DNA of 64,000 bases, from the NCBI GenBank assembly GCA_000934665.2, contig KZ538071.1:1-64000 (forward strand), given 5' to 3'. A program made the translations under genes and the position numbers. This document shows, one piece after another, positions 54,760 through 64,000 of this stretch. The notes below the pieces were generated by a model, which was given only the letters and a program-made list of their open reading frames with translations, was not told the origin of the DNA and searched no databases. Numbering within the stretch: position 1 is the first letter of the stretch; the number at the start of each line of letters is the position of its first letter. The stretch comes from Catajapyx aquilonaris. Lineage: Eukaryota.

Positions 54760-55900
54760 GGGTAGGTAGCTAGAGAGCATAAAATTATTTTTTTTGCAGT
54801 GTTGCACACCTGCTACAGATGACCTTTGGTATGAACTTCTGCAACTCCAAAAGTGTCCTACCAATATCTGTCTCATTTACCTTAGACAAATGTTCCTCAA
54901 TGCCAGCTAACCAAACCCCAAGCAAGAACTCTGTAACTGCCATTTACACTGCCCTCACTCTCAGGGCAGTTACGGCTTTCTTGCTTGGGAAGGCAGAGCA
55001 TCCACAACAAAAATAATCACTTGCAACACACTTTGTTATAGGCTATTATACACAATCATGGAGAGTGCCCAAGTACTCTAGCATATGTTGGAACAAATTT
55101 CCATTCATACAAGTACTAGCTTTCGGTGGTCTCTCATTTCTTTATCTGTTAGTGGGTAGGTAGACAGAGAGCATAACATAGCTAAAACAAAAACACAACT
55201 GTTGAAGCACCTGCTGGGATGACCTTTGGCATGTACTTCTGCTCAAAAAGAGTGCCTACCAAAATGTTACTCTTTAACTCAAATAAGTTTCATTTCCTGC
55301 TAAATGAAGCCCATGCAAGAACACAGTACCTGCCATTTACTCTACGGCAGTTACAGCTTTCTTGATTAGGATGGCAGGAAATCCACACCAAAATAATAAC
55401 CTGCAACACATTTGTAGTGTTAGAGGCTACTACTATACATAATAATGGACAGTACCCTGGTAGCATATTATGGAGATAATTTTCCATACAAGCGAGGTAC
55501 GAGGTTTCGGTGGTTGTTCATATTCATTTATGTTGGGTAGGCTGTATAGGCACACTCTAGGTAGCAACCATGCCATGATTAGTGTACTTGCTTGATGACC
55601 TTTGGTACGGTATGTATGATGCTCCTTTGTCCTACCCACAACTTCCTCATTTAACTTGGTTCATTATTCACAATTCTTGCTAAGCGAGACCCAAGCAAGA
55701 ATACAGTATCTGCCACTTGCTTTTACGGCAGTTACAGTGTTCTTGCTTGGGGCGGCAGAAAGTCCACACCAAAAAGAATCACTTACAACACACTTAGAGA
55801 GTGTTAGAAGCTATTATACACATCATTGGAGAGTACCCAAATAGCATAATATGATGGAGCAGAATAAGAGGTTTCGGTGGTCTCTCATTTTCATTCTCTT
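54760..55900. repeat. Three diverged tandem units of ~390 bp
   Basis: Recurring anchors atgacctttgg, ggcagttac.g..ttcttg, ctattataca and ttcggtggt in the same order three times. Confidence 0.7.
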
Positions 55901-57179
55901 TTACGGGGTGGTGCATTGTCAATGCTGGTCAGGCTGCACCCTGGAAATAAACAGTGTGTTACAAAACAATAATGCTTTGTTAATCAGCTTAGAATACAGA
56001 TTATATATCTCTGTACATTGCAAGACTTGACAGGCAACTGCAGTTAAACCATTCTGGTCACATATCCAAATACGTAGGTTTTTTATTCAAAAACGGTAAC
56101 ACATACACGTAAGTCAATTTGAATGACTGCAGCTAAGTTACTGTATATGGTATAGCATTGGCTGATTCAGATCATGTGACCAACATTTGCTGTGATTGCA
56201 TGTCAAGTAGCAATATTCAATTACGTAATGACCCAAAGGTCCCACAATATTATGAGACTTATGTTTGACGTTTATCATCCTTATTTTGATTTTTATGGTC
56301 ATCTTTCAGGCACTCTAGAAGGGTTCAGTATTTTTCGAGGAAAATGCTCTATTATCTTTACTAATTAAGATGCAAAAATATTTTGACTAGCAAACAAAAT
56401 ACCCTGGAGTTAACTCTTCTTTGCAACTGAAGTAATCCCTTCGAAATCAGATAAAATTACAAATGCCGACATACGGCAATTGCCTCAAAAATGGATCATT
56501 CTACAGGGTGTTCCATAGTGATTCAGAAAATCTTCCATGGTAAACTCCTGAGTACTTTATATAGCATAGATATGTCATTTGAAGACCTCGATGGTCGATG
56601 GAAGAACGATCAAGGTCCACTTCTTGTCAAAAATGACTTACATATCTCAGAAGATAGTTTCACTAGCAGAGAATATGATGGTTCGGTCGTGGTTGGGGAG
56701 TAATGATCATAGGTCACTATGGAAAGCCCCGAAAATGGGATTTACAATGGAAATTATGGGCCGTTGAAATTTAAAATGGCAATATCTCAGTTTCACATGA
56801 GATGGGCCTTGATGGTTTTTCTCCCGAGGCCTTCATTTTGTGTCCGCAGCCGCGTTACTGAAATAACGGGCTTCAACCACAAAGTGTATGCAACATCCTG
56901 GCAGGTATGCGTCCCTCCAAGCGTCTTTGGCTGTTTAATTTAAAATTTAGATGTTACCATGAAATGTTAACTCACTCTGCGATTTGGTTAGGTGTAGCAC
57001 GCAGTGGCCGAGGTGACGAATGTCTCAAACTGTATCCGCGACATAGACGATTGTATTAATATGGTACTTTTAGTAACCAGGCTACTGACAAGGGAACTTC
57101 ATAATACCAGTTGCTATTATACAGTAGTAGTAGGTATTTCGTCACTTGTACAGCTATGGAATAATCATTAATCACACAC

Positions 57180-58908
57180 CTGGTAAGGATCGTACGACCG
57201 CTGTTGAATGTGTCAAATGACGTCGGTGTCGAACCATTATTGGTGATGGTGCCCGAAGCCGCATCATGCAGACGGATAGGAGTCGCCAGGGGAGTTGACG
57301 ATGGAGGGGAAGGGGATGATGATGAAGGAGGCGATGTTGATGACGGTGATGTCCCAGACGGCAGTGACGGCGACGATGAGAGCCCGTCAAGGCACAGGCA
57401 GCTGCAGGTGCCGTACTGAAACGACGAGCTGTTGGCGGTGACAGCGCTCACCGTCGGAGCGGAGGAAGCAACGGTTGGTGAGGATGTAGAAGAAGATGGC
57501 GTGGCAGTGCCACCCACGACGCCCAAGGCAGGTCCACGTCCGCAGGGGCATCTAGTCGGTGACTGCGGCGGAGTCCACGGCGCCGACGTTGGGTCATCCG
57601 GACGCCAAACGCGCAAAGGACTTCCAGTCGGAACGCACTGTTGCTCATCGTCTGCCCCAGAAAGTGGCTGCAATGTCATCGGATGATGCAAATATGAGAT
57701 GTGGTGGTGTGTCTGCCCCGGGGCGAAATGGTGCGGTTCGAACACGAACGCTGGAGGGGCCATTGAGGACGACGACGATGTCCCGGATGGCGTGGATGCC
57801 TGCGATGGCGGTGTGACAAACGGGGACAACTCCGGAAGAAGTATGTCCGGCACCCGCTGATTGGCTTCATTCGTCACTCCGCCTCCGTACGTCGACGTCA
57901 CTCCCATTCCGACACCAGGCATGCCTAATCCAAGCCCACCCGACGATCCAGTCATCCCAGTCCAATGAGGACTTGCAGGGGAGAGTCGCTCCTCCTCCTC
58001 TTCGACCCCCTTGCAACGCAGACGCGGAAGTCGAAACGACGACCTGGACGCCACTATCCTCAATCCACCGACTCCGCCCCTCGATCGGTCCACACTGCCG
58101 TCGACGTCGACAACCCCATCAGGCGACTCTGCCCCGTTCCTTCTTCCTCCTGGAGAAGAATCATCTCCCCCTCCGGATCGTCCTGACGCTTCTCCTTCTC
58201 CGCCTACTTCCTCCTCTGATGCCCATGACGGACTTCCGTTGGTACCTGCACCGACAACGACCCCAACCCTGGTGGCTCTCCTGATAAATATGTTGGATGG
58301 CGCATTTGGTTCCGCCCTATTCGGCGACGATGTCCGTGGCGACGCTTCGTGTTCCGGCGTCGGCGGCCTCCGCAACTCTTCCTCCCAACATTCCGGGCTT
58401 CCCTATAACGACAATGTAACATTTAGTGGGTGCTGATTTTTAAAAAAAGGAATGGACTTACCGGGTTGTGTTGGTATGACCCGGTACCATGGGTGGAGTA
58501 ATCGACGGGTTCCTGCGTCGAAGAGAGTCGTGGTGGCGTCAAATGGTGGTGATGGTGGTGGTGGTGGTGGTGCGGGTAGGGAGAGGGTGGGAAGGAATAG
58601 TGTGGGTGTGGAGGTGGTGGGGGAGGGGGTGGCGGTGGCGGTGGAGCAGGAGGGTGGTGGTGCGACGATGCTCCATTCAACGACGGTGGTCCCTGCGGCA
58701 AGAAGGCCGCGGCTGCTGCAGCAGCTGCAGCAGCTGCCGCCGCGGCCTCGGGTCCGCCCGGGGGCGGGCCAGGGTAGGCCATCAGCGGAGGGTAGTATGA
58801 AGCGGCGGCCATCCTAGAAGCAGCTTGGGCCTGAGCATCATAGGCCAGACCATATTGCAACTTGCTCTGAACCATGTAGTAATGGTACAGCCACGAGTTG
58901 GCCCGCAT
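57180..58908 (-). CDS. Unidentified low-complexity (Pro/His/Ala/Ser/Gly-rich) protein, likely regulatory; exons 58908-58462 and 58402-~57180 (ORF stays open to 57056)
   Basis: Two GC-rich long ORFs joined in phase 0 by a 59-nt gtaagt...ttatag intron; poly-Ala, poly-Pro and poly-His tracts; no recognised domain. Confidence 0.65.
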
Positions 58909-61900
58909 CACCGATGCCTCACGCTCCCTAGAAATATTATACCTCGTTATTCTCTTTCAAAATACGCTGGTCGTAGTAACCTTGCTATTACAGTAGGCCT
59001 ACTTTTAAAAACAAGATCTTCGTATATCCTTGAGAGCATGCAACCCATATGACAGCCGTCTGGCCGTGAGAGCGAAATGATCTGACAGAACGTATGGCAA
59101 GCTCCTGTCCTTCGAAACTGAGACAAATGTGGACGTATGACGGCCATGGCATGCTTTTCCAGGCTAAAATGCACCCTGTCCTGTTCTCCGCTATGGGCGA
59201 GATAACCAACGCATGTGAAAATATGCGCTGTTCATAACAACAGGTTTCGCATTTACAATGACGCGCTGCATGTCTTCAGCTACACCAACGGCAAGGAATT
59301 TTCATTTGGTGATGTCCAGATGCTGCTCAATAAAAAATTGAATATTTGCTTCAAACTAATGTTTGATGTTTGTGGTGCCAGCTGTAACCGCGAGACCACC
59401 AAAGATGCAATGTGCAAAGTATTACGCAGATTACAACGACACACCTTATCAATAAACTAGAATCAAACTGTTGAGCCACAACTGTTACTGTTTTCATAAC
59501 GTTCCTACCTACCACACCTCCTGTCCCATGGTACCTAAATCGTACTATTCCGAGGGCAATGGAAGTAGTTCCCCAATACGTTTTCATTAGACTTCCACAT
59601 TGACATTTACAACCGCCGCCGAAATCCGAGGGTCAGCAGTCCATTTATCAGCCCGTAAGGTTAATGGTCGATTAAGCGGCGCGCGAGCTGCTTAATTAAT
59701 GCTCTTGTCGGCGGTGAAATACTCTCCGGACTCACGCCTTCTGTCCCGAGATCCAAGCTGCTGCGCTCTTAATGAGAATTTATCCGCACGCGGCTCTAAA
59801 TCCGGTCGTAAAACCCACTGGCTGCGACCGATTGATTCTGACTCCCCCCTCCCCCCCACCCACCCCCCAAAAAAAACCTTCCGTTCTCAAGCCTTATCAC
59901 ACCTCATTGTTCCCAAAAAACTACAGGCAACCTCACTTCCGCCTCAGATTTTTATCCCAAAAATATTTTCTGCAGGTAACCCCCACTGTGGCCCAGGAAG
60001 GGTGGGTTGGTGCTCCACAAGAAATGGAGCGGCACCCTGCTGTACCGCTCGCTCCGTGACAGATGAGCTGCGCGAGGCCCGATCCTATCTACACTCGCCA
60101 CCCGCCGAACCAAGCCCTCCTAGCCCTTCATCGCATCCCATCGTCATAACCTGCCCCTTTTGTCTCCGACGCTTTATTTGCATAGAAAGACCATCCAGTG
60201 ACCGCCTCTTGTACCACACCGGGTGGGCTAGGGTTGTCTAGGGTTGTCTAGGGGCGCAGCTCCCAAATGGAATGGTTACCCCCCCTCTAGAAAAGAAGTA
60301 CGTGTCGTGTAGAAATTGGCGAAAGGGGTAGTTGAGGAAAAGCGTGTAAAACAATTTTCCGGACAGACCTAGAGTTGGTGGGAACGTCGTCTTTTGCGGC
60401 GAGGAGGACCAAAAAATGGGGCCATAATTCGCGGGGGGTGTGTGAGATATGAATTACTTTGCTCGGCGGAGGTAGAAAGGGCGGAGCGTGACGCATAATT
60501 GCGGCAGAAATGACACGGGCCCGGGGAAGCCATTCCTCATCGGCTGGCCTGGTTGCTTGGCATGCTGCTAGCATAATATAGTGTATGTAGCGGTGTATAG
60601 TATAGAAGATCAGTCCGTGGGAAGTTGCGGCTCTGTGGGGACCCTTGTGAACTCTTTTGCTCACAATTTTTTTGATGAACATGCCGATGCTGTAGGATCA
60701 TATGGGAGATCAATCCAGCTGTCAAGATGGGAGATCCTAGGCATTCCTCTTTCGGGATGCATAAAATAGCGACCGTGCCAGCATCAATGTGTGCATGCGG
60801 TTTGAATGACGGCTTAGAATTTGAACAGCACAAATATCGAATGTAACGGGTTTTCTTCTGAGAAACTATCCTGGAAGTTAGGGAGGGTTGAAACCAGGTG
60901 CGTGTGCGGGTAAGAGGGTATAATGTGATTACAGGAATTCTGCGGTCATATGTAGAGGTTACATTCCCGAAAATCTGGAAACAGGTGTGTTACATGTTGG
61001 AAGTAATTCTCGGAGTTGCTGAAAATATAGTGAGATTCTTGGGCATATTCTAAGATCAATATGGCATGCGGCAGCACTTAAGTGTTGATTCTATTGTTAT
61101 TGGCAATGTGGAGAGTATCCTGTATAATTATCACAACATACCTATCACGGCACAGATAGTATTTTAAAATGGGCCAATCAGTTAATGTATACCTGAAGGA
61201 AATCCAGGAGTTACTAGACGTCCTGCACAGTCTCGTAATGTTTTATTGTACATATTAAGACATTGTCTGAAATGTCTAATTTAGGTCCTACTGTATGTTT
61301 ATTAACGTTATAATGCAGGTATATGGGCACTTATAAATTAGAACATAACATTTCCTGTCCCCCTGAGAAGTAACCGCCATGTTGAGAGCTTACTCCATGT
61401 TCTCTGAATATGATATCCGAGAAATGGAACCTAAACTGAAGGGTCGTCCTGAGAAGGAATTACATGTATGATACTATCTGTCAGGACAAAAGTTTCAACC
61501 AAATGTGTATCCTGGCGCGATACAACCATCAACATTCATGTGTCTCTCTCCTCTTCGCATAGACGTTACCTTGGACGTTATACCTTGGGAAAATGCTGGC
61601 ACATATACAATACGTATCGCGCACTGATAGCCCACTTCTGGGAAAATAATTTATTTTGGCAGATACTACACCATCCGAGGGGAGGATGTGTCGATGAAGA
61701 GGATGTGCAGCAATTTAATATTTTTTCGAAATGTCGCAACTACATCTTGCGCCTTCGAAGGATATTTTTCTACTTACTCGTATCAATAACAAGTCACGGG
61801 GCTTCTTTCTTACAGTACAAAATAACACTAAAGGTCCAGAAATGGAACTCACGTGAGCACTTGGTTAGTACAGACGATGACCGGCTGCTGGCTGTTCTCC

Positions 61901-64000
61901 ATATTGTCCTTGACCTGCAGTACGCAATGGACCCAGATCCAGTCGGCATTCCGTCTCTGGATACGCAGGAGTAGGATGCAAGAACGGTCCTGCTCGGACT
62001 GAGTGACTGAGGGGGCAAAAGAAGGCATGCAATGAGTGACCCACCCACATCCGTTCAACAGATCCATCATTTTATCGTAAAGCGTTTATCATTGCACATG
62101 ATTGATGCAATTGATTTACAACTTCCCGGGAGGACGGCATTGGCGCCTCGCACACAAACGTCTGCGGGCCAGCAGCTTGACTGATGATGGAAATCATGAA
62201 GAGCGCCCGAAATGAAGTCAACGCCCGCATTCAAAACTTATGCCACCAGGGCCAAGGAATAGAAAGGAAGAAGAAGACTGAAGGAAGGAAGGAAGCAGGG
62301 CTACAGCAGGAGGCAGCTTGTGGGAAAATATGGCAGGAATGAGAGAGATGGGCATGCCGGACAGATGATAGATGACATGTTTTGTGCGGATAGACGGACG
62401 CTCAGTGGATTCCAGGTAAGGATGATCATATCGAGAGGTACAGTACGCTGATTCACATTTGGGGATAATGGAGGTCAGAAAAAGATATATGAACTAACTC
62501 AGCCTGTGCTTGCTCTGGGCCTCTCTCATGTTCTCCCAGTGAATCAGCTGGTACCAGGACACTCCTTGCAGGTCTTGTCGATTGTAGCACAGATGAAACT
62601 CTCCGCTGAAACACACCAAAGAACAGGGTTAGACCTATAGGCTGCATATATTACACCGGTCGTATGGAAATATCCGAATAACATGGCGATTAGAAATTAG
62701 TCTGAGCATGTGTCCCGTCAAATGAATTGGGAGGTTGGGAGGGGGGGGGGGAGGGGGAAGACAAAGTTGCAGGCAGCCAAGCGCATCATGGGAATGGAGA
62801 ATGGATCCTATCTTCCTCCTTGTGGGGAACCCTAAGCAATTTCCGGATCTACGTGAGCGAGAAGCTAATGAGCGGGTTGGAAAAGAAGCGGGCCCTCGCT
62901 CGTCGGTTGATGGGGGAGGGAGGGGGTGGAGAAAAATGAGGGAGGGATAGGGTGTATGGGTGGGTGGTGGGGGAGGGAAGGGGTGGAGCAGCACCGGTTT
63001 TTTAGAAAACAAACAAGGTCCAGATTCCCACACACATTGTGGAATCAAGGGGGATGCTGGAAGAAGTACCACCGATTGAGGGGAGGGAAACAAATGCCAC
63101 GTCACTTATGCGCTATTTTCTCAAACACATGTGATTGCACCTGACAAGAGCAGCGCATTTTTCAAGGTAATAGATGCTTTTTTTGTCACTTGCGCTTGTC
63201 TGAAAAGTGGACCGAGAAATGCCCCAGGTGCATCGGCGGATGAGACATGACAGGATGAGACGCGGAAGCAGCTTCTGGCAACCTTTTTGGAGGAACTCAA
63301 GACGCCGCCGAGCCTTTAGGCCTATCGTTGGCCTCAGTGTCTGCCGGGCCACACGTCGGTTCCGCTTCCAGCTTGATAGAAAACCTGCCTGCATTTCATC
63401 TCCATCACTTCCATCATCCGCCTACCCCAAATAACCCAAAGCTGCATCGACAACAAGTAGGCTGAACATTCCCCCTGAGAGTGACCCTTTGTAGCAATCA
63501 ATGTGTGGGTGAATGCGATATATGGGCCCATGCACGTGCGCACACATCAGCATGCAACTCTCGGTCCATCTCTTTGGGGGTGTAGGGCCTCCGAAAACTG
63601 TCTTCACTGTCAACGAGTGGGCCAGGTGGGCACATTCTTCTCCCAGCATCCATCTCATCTCATCTGGTCCCACATGTTTCTCAGACTTGACTCTGCCCAC
63701 TCCCATATGATGTGAGTGTACAGTACCGGCCAGCAGTCTCCAGAAAGCGCCATGTAATCACCTCATGCAACATCAGTAAGACATCGTTTATTCGAGAAGG
63801 AAGCTGGCAAATGGCCCCTAGATTTACACCTTACAAGCTACACCTCACTTTACCAACTGGAGGAAAAAGGTACCATAAGAGAAAGGGGGGGAGGCAGCAG
63901 CAGGGGCGTATCCCAATCACGAGCATCACGACGACCTAAGATCACTTCCGAGAGGCCAAGTGGAAAAAAAATGTCCCTCGTGATCCCGACTGCCAGGCGA

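Noticed and set aside
57204..58817. Overlapping plus-strand ORFs
   Set aside because: Antisense shadows of GC-rich low-complexity coding sequence on the minus strand.
59699..63939. Multiple 60-180 aa ORFs
   Set aside because: No recognisable domains or consistent exon structure; likely upstream non-coding DNA.

Overview
Repeat-rich animal (probably arthropod) genomic DNA with spliced genes; gene models were built by hand from GT/GC-AG sites and phase checks. Host genes: the 3' end of an SPSB/gustavus-type SPRY-SOCS box gene (+), whose terminal SOCS-box exon occurs twice through a local duplication starting at a transposon end; a complete 6-exon AHA1 (Hsp90 activator) gene (-) with one GC-AG intron; a head-to-head compact Topors-like RING gene (+); a TMEM216-like gene (+); and the 5' part of an unidentified low-complexity Pro/His/Ala/Ser-rich gene (-). 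The most notable structure is a decayed CMC/EnSpm-type DNA transposon (~44-51.4 kb). Its transposase ORF lies wholly inside the first intron of a co-oriented multi-exon SAM-domain gene. Splicing the shared first exon to the transposase acceptor would create an overlapping TAATG stop/start. The rest is a dense, nested set of MITEs (Tc1/mariner, pogo, piggyBac, Harbinger, hAT), tRNA-derived SINEs, Helitron-like elements, a LINE fragment, hairpins and tandem duplications. No database searches were run; family names rest on motif recognition.
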